Part shown: one piece after another, positions 1 through 11,370 of the stretch | Position numbering within the stretch: the stretch's first letter is position 1 | Layout of the letters: each line of letters begins with the position of its first letter | NCBI GenBank assembly: GCA_012862495.1 | Contig: BLSG01000419.1 | Location: 173,932 to 207,272, forward strand | Source of the DNA: Thraustochytrium aureum | Lineage: Eukaryota | Length of the DNA: 33,341 nt | Direction: 5' to 3' | Position numbers and translations under genes: made by a program | Notes under the pieces: generated by a model | The model's input: the letters and a program-made list of their open reading frames with translations, nothing else | The model's database searches: none | What the model was told of the DNA's origin: nothing

Positions 1-3000
1 GGGCAAAGTCAATACGGTCTCGGTGCCCCGCGACGTCGCCGAGAGAGAGGCGCAAACCAGGGTCGACGGCGACGCGGTTCGCCGCGACCTCAAGCGCGGC
101 GATCGACCCGACGATCGATTGAGCGTCCTCGCCCTGCAACCGCTCCAGCGCGTCGACCAGGCGCCTCAGCGAGCTCGGCTCGGTGCTGCGGAGCTGCGGC
201 TCCTCCAGTCCGCGCTGCGCCTCGGCATACCCTTTGACGTCTTCTTCGAGACGCGTGAGGATCTCGCGCGCAACTTGTGGCTGCGCGGCGGGGTGGCCCA
301 AGAGATCGAACGGCAGCGTGGCGGCCGGCGCCGGCGCAGAGGAGCGCACCGTCTCCACGAAAGCGTCCCAGATTTCTCCGAGCGGCCGCTCCATCATCTC
401 GGCAACGACCTTATTCGGAGGGCTGAGCTCCGCTTGTCCGGTGTCCTCCACGGCAGCTGGCTGGATTGGGTGCGCGATCCCGTTCGGCATGTCCTTGAGC
501 ACAAAGGCTGGCACAAACCGGCATCCCGGCTCGTTCCGTGCAACGATGGCGGGCCATGCCTGCTGAAACTCGAGGTCGACGAGGTCGAGCCACGTCTTGA
601 CGTTGCTGCGCCTTCCTGCCTCCGTGTAGAGGTTGATCCCACCGCGCAGCGCTTGGACAGACTCCGGGTCTACAGGGAGCTTGGGCCAGGGCCTGGCAGG
701 CTCGGCCACGAGAGCGGCAAGCTGCGCCATGTGGCGCGAGTTGGAGGCTTCCACCTCGCCTTGCGCGACGCTCTCGCGCCCCCAGCGCGAGAGCTTGAGG
801 TGCATGTACCGCGCCATGAGATCGCCCACCGAGTGCGGGTTGGCGGCGGCGCCGGGAACGGGCGCCGACGTCAGCAGCTGGTACAGGAAGGCAAAGCCAA
901 GCTGCCGGTTGACCCCGCTCTCTTCGTCCGCCACGACGTGCTCCTGGAAGATCACGTCGGCCATGTAGGCATCAAAGCTAGCCGCGCCAACCTGCGGCTT
1001 GAAGTGCACGCGCTTGAGCGTCGTTCCGTGCACGTCAAAGTACGACNNNNNNNNNNNNNNNNNNNNNNNNNNNNNNNNNNNNNNNNNNNNNNNNNNNNNN
1101 NNNNNNNNNNNNNNNNNNNNNNNNNNNNNNNNNNNNNNNNNNNNNNNNNNNNNNNNNNNNNNNNNNNNNNNNNNNNNNNNNNNNNNNNNNNNNNNNNNNN
1201 NNNNNNNNNNNNNNNNNNNNNNNNNNNNNNNNNNNNNNNNNNNNNNNNNNNNNNNNNNNNNNNNNNNNNNNNNNNNNNNNNNNNNNNNNNNNNNNNNNNN
1301 NNNNNNNNNNNNNNNNNNNNNNNNNNNNNNNNNNNNNNNNNNNNNNNNNNNNNNNNNNNNNNNNNNNNNNNNNNNNNNNNNNNNNNNNNNNNNNNNNNNN
1401 NNNNNNNNNNNNNNNNNNNNNNNNNNNNNNNNNNNNNNNNNNNNNNNNNNNNNNNNNAACTTGGACAGGTAGGCGTCCAGCTCGACGTGTGCCTCCCAGG
1501 CAGGCCGGATGTGCTCTCGAGCGTACATGATCGCCAGGCTGAGGCGGAGGCGCACGGCGTGCGCGTCGGGGTGCCGGTCGTCCAGCGAGCGCTCGAGTTG
1601 GCCCCAGATGTAGCCTTCGTCCGGGGCGAACGGAACGTCCACCGTGCACGTCGGAGCCAACTGGAAGGCCTCCGCGTACTGGCGTTTCAGCAGCTTGAGG
1701 TGCACAAGGTAAAGCGACGCGCTCAGCTCCTGGCTGACCAAGAACGTTCCGCTCGTATGCATGCGGTACAGATAATAGCGCGTGTCCATGGTCTGCAGCC
1801 AACCAAACGAACCGCGATCGCAGAGCACCGCGGTGCTGAAGGGCCGGCCTTTGAGCTGCGGCCGCCACGCCTCGTGGTTCGGGACGAGATATTGGACCTC
1901 TTTCTGCCCGTTCATCAGCAACAGCGAGTGCGCGTCGAGGAGCTTGCGGAAGCGGCGGCTCTTGCGACAAACGAACCACCCAGCTTGGTCCGACAGTTGC
2001 AGCTTGCCCTCGCGCGGCTCCATGCGCACCTTGAGCCGCGGCATCTCCACGAGACGCACCGCGCCCTCGCCTTCAGGTTCGGCCCACACAAGAATGTGGG
2101 AAAGGTCCTCCACCTCGACGAGCGCCGACAGAAGCCGGAACAGCGGTTCGCCGTCGCGCGGGCCGTCCAGCAAGTTGACGAGCTTCGCCACGACCTCGGG
2201 GCCGAACTCCTCGTCAGAGTCAACCTCCATCCGGCTCGCGCGCTCTGCCTCGTCCTGCGCTGCTGCCGCTTCTCGTTCGTGCTTTTCTGCCGCGGCAGCA
2301 GCGCGAGCAGTCGCAGCGGAGGATGCCCCGTCGCGCGGCTCGTCGCCAAGATCGTCAATCGGCTCGAGCATCTGGCCATACTCCGGGTGGAAAGCCATCA
2401 CCCATCTGTCTGGCGGTGTCTGCCCATCATGACTGCGCGCCGTGGACTGAGACGCGCCCAGTGCGCTGGGGTCCAACCGCAGCCAGTTCCCTGCGCGCTC
2501 GACTATGGCGACCTCTTGGCCGAACTGGAGCGTGCCGAGGTCGGCGCCGCCATACACCATACGCATCCCGCGCCCCGTGTCTCCAGAGTCAGTGGGGCTG
2601 CGCTGGATCCTCACCGTACCATGATGGACGACCCTGTAGCGCCGGTTGTCCGGGACGACGTCCTCCGCAGCGGCGACCTGAGCCTCGTGGTCCGGGTTGA
2701 GGAGCCACTCTGCTGCGAACGCAGAGTTCCCGCCACATTTACTCAGGGCAAGGCACACANNNNNNNNNNNNNNNNNNNNNNNNNNNNNNNNNNNNNNNNN
2801 NNNNNNNNNNNNNNNNNNNNNNNNNNNNNNNNNNNNNNNNNNNNNNNNNNNNNNNNNNNNNNNNNNNNNNNNNNNNNNNNNNNNNNNNNNNNNNNNNNNN
2901 NNNNNNNNNNNNNNNNNNNNNNNNNNNNNNNNNNNNNNNNNNNNNNNNNNNNNNNNNNNNNNNNNNNNNNNNNNNNNNNNNAGTATGGGCGCTGCACAAT

Positions 3001-6000
3001 CGACCGGTCGGCGCGAATTTCGATCTGGCGCCCGCCAAACCACGTCGACTCGGTGTCCAGCGGTTCGCCGCGGATCACGCCGTCCGCACCGTGCCAAAAC
3101 TGGTAGGCCTCAAGGAGCGCGCTCGGAACGACCCCAAAAAGGAGGCGGCTTGGCACGAACGACTCAACGAAGCCCTCCCGGTTCCTGGTGATCACCAGCG
3201 ATGGCTCGGGCATCAAGATAGCTTTCAGGTCGCCGCTCGCCCCAAACACCGACTTGCTCGGCTCGAGGGAATGCAGCGCAACCTTCGCGTCCGAGCTGTA
3301 CACGAGCTGCCGATACATTTTCCGCCCGTGGCTCACCAGGTTGAACACGTGCAAGACGCGCCGCTCGCGGTACAAAACAAACTCCTTCCAAGTCGTCGAC
3401 CAGACCTTGACAGCGGCCGGCTGACCGCCCATCCTGCCGCCAGCACCCATCATCATGCCTGCAAAGCCGGTCAAGCCGCCGGGCGCCCCCCATGCCCCCA
3501 ATTGCGGCTCCGCGCCTCGCGGCGGGTTGCTCCACTTCGTGCTCGGTCTTGACACCGGCCATCGCCGTGGCGACTGCAGCTTTGCCATCCACGTGCTCCG
3601 CGGGCAGGACAAGCTTGAACGGCAGCTTGTCCTTGTAGTGGGCACGGAGCGCGCCAACGAGTAGCTCCAGCACCCACTTTTCGCCCTCGTCGGTGAACGA
3701 CTGGATCGACTCCTTCTCGAAGGGGTCCAGGACTCGATCATACCGCTTGCCCAAAAACTCGATCGCCGAGGGGCTCTTCGCCGCGGCCTCGTCGAGCCCC
3801 TTGCCCTCGTCGCCTTGGCCCTGCGCGCTTCCAGTTGCTGCGCGAGGCGGCGCAGCGGCCGCCTGTCGCGCAGTGCCACACATTTGGCACGCCTCCGGAC
3901 CGCTCGAGGCACTCGAGCTGGACATGTTTCGGAAGGTGCAAACGTTGCAGGTCCAAATGCCACCATCCGCGCCGCCTGCGGGAGGATTCGAGGCCGCTGC
4001 AGACACGTCGCGGGGCGCGTCGACGCCCTGGTCGTCGTCATCGGGCTCGTCCCAGAGCTGTAGGTCGTACGGAGTGCCAACGACGTGGACCCAGTTTCGG
4101 TGCTGCTGCTGCGCAACCACGCCACAGTGCAGTTGCTGCTTCCCAAAAATGGCATGAAAATCATTGAACTGGGTCATGCTGTCCGGCAGAGGCTTGAGTT
4201 CGTCGTTGCGCCACATGATTTGCGCGCCCTGAAGATCGAGCGTCATCTCCTTGTCTGGCGAGACAAACTTGCCGCGGCCGTCTTGCGTCCAGGGTGCGGC
4301 GCCGTGGGCGTCACCGACCACTTGCGCCGCGACCTCCAGGGTGGTTCCCTTGGTGTCTAGTGCGATGCGCACGATTCGTGTCAGCACGCTGGATGCCGCG
4401 CCAGGAGAGCTGGTGTGCAGGCCGCTCATGAACGCGACGAGATGGTGCCGCTGTCGCTGCAGCATTCCAAAGAGGCGCTGCTCGGGCACGTTCGCGAGAA
4501 GTCGCTTCTTGACAGGGGCGCTCGCTGCGCCGCCCGCAGCGTCGGCGTCGGCAAGACTCGGGACGCGGACTGTCTTTGCACCAATCCGAAGGTACAACGG
4601 ACGGTCCGTGCCAATGTACTTTTGCAACGACCCCTTGCTTATCCGCGAGGTGTCCACGCCGTGGGCCTGCATGAACCGAACGAGCCGCTGCTCTGGCGGC
4701 GCTGTGGAGTCGGAGCTCGACCCGTAGCCCAGAAGCGCAGAGGGCTCGCCGAGCCCAAAGCCGTGCCAGTTCCTCACAAAGCAGAGGCTGCCGAGGAGCT
4801 CACTCACATTGTCAGCCTCCAGCAGGTTTGGGTCCAAGTTGGTCCACAGCAAAGCGAGGTACGCGTGAATCATGCAGCTCGTCTCGATGTCGTTATTCCC
4901 CATGGCCTCTTTCAGCCACTTGCGTAGTATCGTGCGGCAGGCCCCCGTTAAAAAGCCATGCATCTCCGCGCGATGCTCTGCAGCGACGCGCACGGCGCCG
5001 AAGAATGCCTCCACGTCCAGGGCCAGCTCGATTAGGTAGAGCGACAGCGCTGCATCGGGCGAGTACACAGAGGCGTCCGCAAGGTCGTTAATAGAGCGCA
5101 ACATCTTCATCAGCGGCCGCAGGGTCGCCGACGGCGCGTGCCGCAGCTCGTTCAAAAGCAGGCCGTCCGCGGTCCCAAGCACGTGCTTGTCCTTGGCCTG
5201 TGCCCGGTTGTTGGCCCGCCCAGCAGACCCACCGACGACCTCGTCGAGGCTAGAGCGAAACCCGGCCGAGGAGGCCGGGACGGTCTCGATTCGCTGCTCG
5301 CTCTTGGCAGGCACCCAGTCCGCGGCGTCGAAAAGAGCGGCGCGAAGGAGCGCCTGCAGTCCGTGGTTGAAGAGGTATGTGACGCGGTCCCCCGCCGCGA
5401 AGAACGCAAGCGTCAGCGGCACGCGCAGGTACGGCACGGTGAGATACGACAGCAGCATCTCGGCCTCCTGGCGGCTCAGCGTCTCCCCAAAGCTCGGAAG
5501 CGACTCGGCGTGGAGGATGTCATCCTCTGTAGGGTGCGCGCCACCGCCACTGTTGACCATCGCCGAGACGTCAGCTGGGGAGTGGACCACAAGACCCTCC
5601 CCAAAATAGATCACGCGGTCCCCAAAGCCTGTCACCTGGACGTCGGCAGTGTCCAGGTCCACGCCGCGATAGTTGAGCACCTCCCAGCGGAGGCCCCGAG
5701 CCAACACGCGGCGGTTCATGAAAGTCCGCGTCTCCATGCTCGTGTCCTCAAACGAGAGGCCCCAGGACACGTACTCGCTCGGGGCGATGCGCTGGCGCTG
5801 CAACTCGGACTCCCGGCTCTCCATAGTTGCTAGGAACTTGAACAGGCACGCCATGTCGCGCAGCATGCCAAACTCGGGGTGGTCTTGCGCGAGAGGCGTG
5901 CTCGGCGAAGTCATCCACTCCATCAGCGCCTCGATCTCGGGCGGAGGCTGCGGATTGTCGCGCGGCACGAGCTCGTACCCGAATCGCTCCATCACCTTGC

Positions 6001-7917
6001 GGAGGAACAGCACTGAGGTGCCGTACTTTTTCATCTCGATCTTGTCGGTGGGCATTCGGAACGTGAACAAGTCCTTGTACTTGCACTGGCTTTGCACCGA
6101 CTCAAAGTAGTCGAGGCAGCCCGCGCGCGCCACTGCGACTGCCGGCAAGTGGACTTCCATCGTCGATGCAAGCCGGTAGAGGCTCAGATTGGCAACGCAC
6201 ACGCTTGTGGAGAGCGCAAAGCCGCCCTCTGCGCGAAGAACGTCCGCCACGTCGAGACCGAATTTGTCGCTGCGGAGCACGCAGTCAAATATGGCGAGCT
6301 GGCAAAGCGCGACCACGGAACGCTCCGAGTCGAACGCCCGAGTTGGTGCGTCGAAAGACTGCCACGCGTTTGCATATACAAGCGTAAGCCGGTGCACGAG
6401 GCCAAGACAGGTCAGCTCGAGCTCTTTCGAGGGGAACTGGTGCCACATGGCCCCGCGACCTTCGGCTGCCGGGACCGGAACCACTTGCGTGAAGACGTGC
6501 CGGATCAGCTCTGCGACCTGAAGCTGGAGCGCGACCCGCGAGGAGAACGACGAGCCGTCGCGCGTGCGCTCGTCGAGCTCGCGGCAAGTCGCCTCGCAGC
6601 GCACGAGCGCGGCGACCGCCTGCTCTACTGTGCTAACTGCTTCTACCGGGACCTGGAGGATATCTGACACGTGCGAGGAGCGCGGCTCCTCAGCGGCCCC
6701 AGCAAAACGCTCGGTATCCTTCTCGTTGACGCGAACGCCCGGAAACGCGGCGCGCTCTTGTGCGAGGTTGCTGGCATCCAGCGGCTCTGGGTGCAGGAAG
6801 GCAGCCTCGGCCCCTTTCGGTGCAGCTGACATTTCCGAGTCGCCGTCGATGCTAACGGGCTCGGAGCCACTGCTTTCCTCGGCAGCGGCCTCGTCGGCCT
6901 CGTCGAGCGCGTCCAGAGCGGACCGAAGCTCTCGCAGGAGCAGGTCTACTTGGCTTGCCTTCCGCTCGTCCAGGTCCTTGAGCTTGAGCGTAGCATGCGC
7001 AACGGTGCTGCAAGCTAGGCGGATCATCGTGCGGTAGTCTGCCGAGGGCTTTTCGCGGGACTCGTCCGCGAGGTCTTGCTGCGCGACGACAAGCATCTCG
7101 ACCTTGAGCAGCGTCGTGAGCTGTTTCACGTCCCCGCGGGTGCAGCCTCCATGGTGAAGGAGGAAGTACCGGACCGCCTCCATGAGGCTGCGCCAGCCGC
7201 TCGAGCTCGCCGCCCTCTGTGCGGTCCTCCACTCTTGCTCGTCAAGGCCCTGCGTTTGCACGGCGCTCTCAAGAGCGTGCTTGAGCGTTGGCTTGCCCGA
7301 GAGCCAGGGGAGAAGGACGTCGTAGAGCACCTCGACCCGGTGAAACTCGCTGGGTTTGAGCCACTGCGAGTGGACAGTGGCCCAGAACGCGGCGTCCAGA
7401 AATCGCTCGGCGGGGATGTCCTCGAGTCTCAGACACGTCTGGTATTTGATCTTGGTTGGGTCCTCCTCACAAACGCGGGCCGGATGATAGTTGAGACCAG
7501 CGCCGGCGTTGCAGACGACGAGGTGAAAGCGGTTGTGCGCCGGTCGCTCGGCTAGGAGTACGACGGAGGCGTTCGATGTCATGCCGATCCACCCTGCTGG
7601 GATGAACATGACCTGGCCAACCGCGAGGTTTCGCACTTGGTCCATAAACACGTCCATGTACTTGCCAAACTCCTCTGTGTCTTCGACTTTGGCGCTCGAG
7701 AGCTTTTGCAGAAAGGCCACGTGCGCCTCGAGCTGGCTCGCGCGCCACTGCTCGAGCCGCGGTGACTCATTGATCAACAGCCGCAGCACGGCGCACGAGG
7801 TCGCAAGCCCAGACTCCGCCACCTGCGTGTTCCCCTCCACAAAGGGGTCGGCCAGCAGCGCGCAGAACGGCCCCACGCGCCAGATCTCCGGCCTCTTCTG
7901 TCCTCCTCCCCTCCTTG
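1..7917 (-). CDS. Giant multidomain protein, partial at both ends (start lies in gap 7918-8250; 3' end runs off the window). Contains NZF/RanBP2 zinc finger, UBA-like and SH3b-like modules; resembles the protist/fungal DUF3638/DUF3645-type giant proteins
   Basis: Minus-strand ORF 3164..7876 (1570 aa) is open upstream into the gap (RRGGGQKRPEIWRVGPFCALLADPFVEG). It switches frame at the C6 run 3486-3491 into ORF 2743..4164 (…VLHVFNLVSHGRKMYRQLVYSSD…LLFGVVPSALLEAYQFW). After the gaps it continues by manual translation in an unlisted open frame (2759->1): VCLALSKCGGNSAFAAEWLL…EDLSHILVW…LVEMPRLK…YYLYRMHTSGTFL…DDRHPDAHAVRLRL…LPFDLLGHPAAQPQVAREILTRLEEDV. The family assignment rests on recalled motif similarity only. 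Confidence 0.8.
3872..3955 (-). other. NZF/RanBP2-type zinc finger within the giant protein
   Basis: WTCNVCTFRN-MSSSSASSGPEA-CQMCGT matches W-x-C-x2-C-T-F-x-N-xn-C-x2-C, with an elongated Ser-rich loop. Confidence 0.85.
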
Positions 7918-8299
7918 NNNNNNNNNNNNNNNNNNNNNNNNNNNNNNNNNNNNNNNNNNNNNNNNNNNNNNNNNNNNNNNNNNNNNNNNNNNNNNNNNNN
8001 NNNNNNNNNNNNNNNNNNNNNNNNNNNNNNNNNNNNNNNNNNNNNNNNNNNNNNNNNNNNNNNNNNNNNNNNNNNNNNNNNNNNNNNNNNNNNNNNNNNN
8101 NNNNNNNNNNNNNNNNNNNNNNNNNNNNNNNNNNNNNNNNNNNNNNNNNNNNNNNNNNNNNNNNNNNNNNNNNNNNNNNNNNNNNNNNNNNNNNNNNNNN
8201 NNNNNNNNNNNNNNNNNNNNNNNNNNNNNNNNNNNNNNNNNNNNNNNNNNAGGTCGAATGAATCTATTTCGCTTTGTTTGTTTGGTCGTTTTTCGCCAC

Positions 8300-10978
8300 C
8301 TACACGAAGCACTGTGATCGCAAGTTGTTCGCTTCCTGAGAGTCCCTCCCGATGAGTGCGGAGCCTTCGAACTCGTCGCAGGTCCAGGCCCACGGGCCTC
8401 GCACCATACGGCACATCTGAACGCACGTGCTGTGCTGCATGTGGTCATGGCAGTCGCACACATACGAGAACTTGTCCGGGATGTTGTACGCGGAGATGCC
8501 GTTGTAGTCCAGCGAGATGGCGCGGAGGCCATCCGAGCAAAATCCGAATGTTGTCCGGATGAACTTTTGTTCGTAGCCGTACGCGTCATGGGTGCGGGTG
8601 AGATCGAGGTGGACCTGATGGCGCGCGTTGTCCATGGTTGGCGAGCACGCACAAGGAACCTCGGCCTCGGGCACTTGCAGCGGGAGTGAGTAGTGCTCGG
8701 GAGGCATCGACGAAAACTTGTCGTCCCAAACCCGCTGCAGGTACAAGCGACTGCACTCGCAAGTGGCTTGGCAGTTCATATCGTCCACGCCGTCGCTCAC
8801 GACTGGTCGCTCGTACAAGAGCATGGTCGACTTGGCGCTGTGATCCAGCATGACGCTCAGCATCGGGTTCAACGAGGTCCCGTGAGATTCCAGGCTCAGC
8901 AAATACTGAACTTCGTACCAGTTCATTTCGCTCCCGATGTTCTCCATGTACTTGTTGTGTAGCGAGTGAAATCGAATGTGGCCACTCGGGAACTGACCCG
9001 TCGACACGAAGTGGTTGAGCAACGCATCGCTCCATGGTTGAATGCTGACCTCACGGCACGTCCTGACTCTTCCCGTTTCAGGCTGGCTGTCATATGTCTG
9101 GGCCTGCTCGCCGCAAAGTCTTGACCCGAGGACAATGTCGCGTGGGGCAAACGTATCATAAACGGCCATCTTGACCATCTCGGTTTCCTGAAGGCACTCC
9201 ATTCCTTTCCAGCAATTGCTGAGGGCACTCGCTTGCTCGGGAGAAAGGTTTAGCGTCGGGAGTGTCCACTGCGAAACACCATTGAACGCCCTCTCTTCCA
9301 TGCCGAAGCGGCGGGCGCGCTGCAGGTGCACGGCGCCAACGGGTTGGTTTGGGGAGAGAAAGCACATGTCCAGCTCGAACGTATAGTCCCGCTTAAGCCC
9401 TTCAGGCGTGACAGAGGCCGTCTCGAACGCGTTGAAAGATGCGGTTCCGTTGCCGCATGCGCATGGGATGGAATCGATTGGCAGTGTCAGAAAGACGCCG
9501 TCCTGTTCTTTGCCGTCACCGTCACCGGGCATGTTGTGAACAGTGATGTTCATGCACGACGAGTAGTTGGCGAAGATGACGATACCCTCGTCGCGCTCCT
9601 CTGGGGGAGCCAGGTCGTCGGCAAGAGGATGGAGAATGGCCTGGTCCTTCTCCATGAGAGCCAGCTTGATGAGCATCTTGTGCCTGCACATCGTGTTGTA
9701 AAAGCACGTATCCACCTCCATAGAGCACTTATCCGGTTCGACCGAGGAGCCACTCTCCTGTTCCATCATGATGAAGCTCGTGCGAATGAATTCGACCACG
9801 AAGCGGACCGCCTGAAAGAACGGAGACGTTGCATCCTGTGGCGGCGCAGATAGGTATTGCTCCAAGGTCGAGAGCGTCGCGTTTGGCGTTTCGTAAAAGT
9901 CAAACCATATCTGAATCGCTGCAACGCATTCGGGTGTGTTGCCGCAGACGCTTTGGAACTCAGGCCAGGTCTCGTTAAGGAAGCGGATGGGGCCATCACG
10001 ATCGTCATGGCCGTCGTACTCCAGAGGGTCCTGAGTGTTGTCAGAGTCGTCCTTCCACTTCATCTGGTCGCAGAGCGTTTGCGAGGCAGCGCAGCGGGTG
10101 AAGTAATGGCCATCGTTGAACCAGTCCTTGTCGCACTTTACTGCTTCATTGCAGCACGGCGAGTCTCCGTAGCGCATGGGGTTGTCCCCGAGGGAAGTAC
10201 AAGTGGAAAGCTTGCGTGAAAGTCGACGCCGATACTTTGACTCTTGCACGGCGTCGCGGATGTATCGCTTGGCGCACGAGCAGTCCTTTTTGCAAAGTTC
10301 GGCGGGGTCGGTGTAATTGCTCCCATCCATGTACGGATCCTCGTGGTGTACGTCCTCTTTGACGACGAGGAACCCGCGCATGACCTCAGGCAGCGACACG
10401 CGCAGCTTTAGCAGGTCTTGAACGGCGTACGAGGCTTCAGCAGTGAACTCCATCAGGGCGTCTCCATGGTGGAAAAAGTTGGGTACCGGCGAGTAACCGT
10501 TCTCGAAGCCGCGCGGCCAGGTAAACTCATTATCGGGCTTGAACATGACACGCGTCATAGGCACTTGGCGCCGTTTCTCAGCGACATTTTTCAGCAACGC
10601 AGGGTTGTACGCAAATGCGCCATTGACGGGCATTCCGCCTGCCATTTGAAAGGTTTGCTCCGTCCCGCAGGCATCGTCCGGAGAGCCGAGCTGGATGGAA
10701 GTGGTTGTGTTCATCATGAAGTCCATCACAGCTGACGCGTAGTCGATCGCGTTCGAGCACGTCGACACGTGCGCAATCACGATGTCGCTTCCGTTCTGGA
10801 AGATGTCCCATTCCGCACGCGAGGGGTCTGCTGCTGAGATCAGAGCCGACCAGGGCCTGCCGGACGGCGGCGGAAGCACGAGGCCTACGCCGCTGTGCTC
10901 AGCCTGGGCGTCCGCTACGGCGAGCACCGCTGTTGCGGCGACAAAAGCGAGCCCATTGCTGCTTGCCTTCCACTTCAT
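8300..10978 (-). CDS. Secreted cysteine-rich protein of unknown function (~892 aa)
   Basis: Uninterrupted ORF 8300..11134. The ATG at 10978 gives a signal-peptide-like N-terminus MKWKASSNGLAFVAATAVLAVADA|QAE. About 36 Cys, many N-x-S/T sequons (NGS, NTT, NYT, NET, NAT, NYS, NIT, NGT), no obvious transmembrane segment or ER-retention tail. Confidence 0.8.
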   Translation of the reverse strand: MKWKASSNGLAFVAATAVLAVADAQAEHSGVGLVLPPPSGRPWSALISAADPSRAEWDIFQNGSDIVIAHVSTCSNAIDYASAVMDFMMNTTTSIQLGSPDDACGTEQTFQMAGGMPVNGAFAYNPALLKNVAEKRRQVPMTRVMFKPDNEFTWPRGFENGYSPVPNFFHHGDALMEFTAEASYAVQDLLKLRVSLPEVMRGFLVVKEDVHHEDPYMDGSNYTDPAELCKKDCSCAKRYIRDAVQESKYRRRLSRKLSTCTSLGDNPMRYGDSPCCNEAVKCDKDWFNDGHYFTRCAASQTLCDQMKWKDDSDNTQDPLEYDGHDDRDGPIRFLNETWPEFQSVCGNTPECVAAIQIWFDFYETPNATLSTLEQYLSAPPQDATSPFFQAVRFVVEFIRTSFIMMEQESGSSVEPDKCSMEVDTCFYNTMCRHKMLIKLALMEKDQAILHPLADDLAPPEERDEGIVIFANYSSCMNITVHNMPGDGDGKEQDGVFLTLPIDSIPCACGNGTASFNAFETASVTPEGLKRDYTFELDMCFLSPNQPVGAVHLQRARRFGMEERAFNGVSQWTLPTLNLSPEQASALSNCWKGMECLQETEMVKMAVYDTFAPRDIVLGSRLCGEQAQTYDSQPETGRVRTCREVSIQPWSDALLNHFVSTGQFPSGHIRFHSLHNKYMENIGSEMNWYEVQYLLSLESHGTSLNPMLSVMLDHSAKSTMLLYERPVVSDGVDDMNCQATCECSRLYLQRVWDDKFSSMPPEHYSLPLQVPEAEVPCACSPTMDNARHQVHLDLTRTHDAYGYEQKFIRTTFGFCSDGLRAISLDYNGISAYNIPDKFSYVCDCHDHMQHSTCVQMCRMVRGPWAWTCDEFEGSALIGRDSQEANNLRSQCFV

Positions 10979-11329
10979 CCTTGGTTTCGAGCCAACCGTG
11001 CTTGCCGGTCTCTCGCCCACTCTACCTTGCGTGTTGCCTTGCTGTCGTGTTGCCTTGCTGTCTTGTTGCCTGTGTGCGTTGAGGATCTGCTGCATCTGGC
11101 AGGCGGAATTGAACACATGTGATGGGACGGCCAACGCATGGTCAATATTTTCTCAACCCGTCCACCTTGTTGAAAGATTATCAAAGTGAAAACAGGGATG
11201 TTTTGCTCAAACAGTCGTTGAAACGACCATTTATTTCCCTAACCGTATTTTGACACTTTGCTGCACAGTGGCAGCCTTGGCGACAGCGACTCCAGAGGGG
11301 GTCCTTGGTACCGATGCCGACGCGGTCCG

Positions 11330-11370
11330 GCTGGCTTGCTGCTGGCTTGCTGGATGGCTTGCTGGATGGC
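11330..11370. repeat. Short tandem repeat (GCTGGCTTGCT / GGATGGCTTGCT)
   Basis: gctggcttgct gctggcttgct ggatggcttgct ggatggc read directly in the intergenic region. Confidence 0.6.

Noticed and set aside
23..3106. 1027-aa plus-strand ORF
   Set aside because: It is an antisense shadow of the real minus-strand gene: codon-registered with it left of the 2760 gap, Arg/Leu/Val/His-biased, GTG start and no motifs. Such shadows are common in GC-rich coding DNA.
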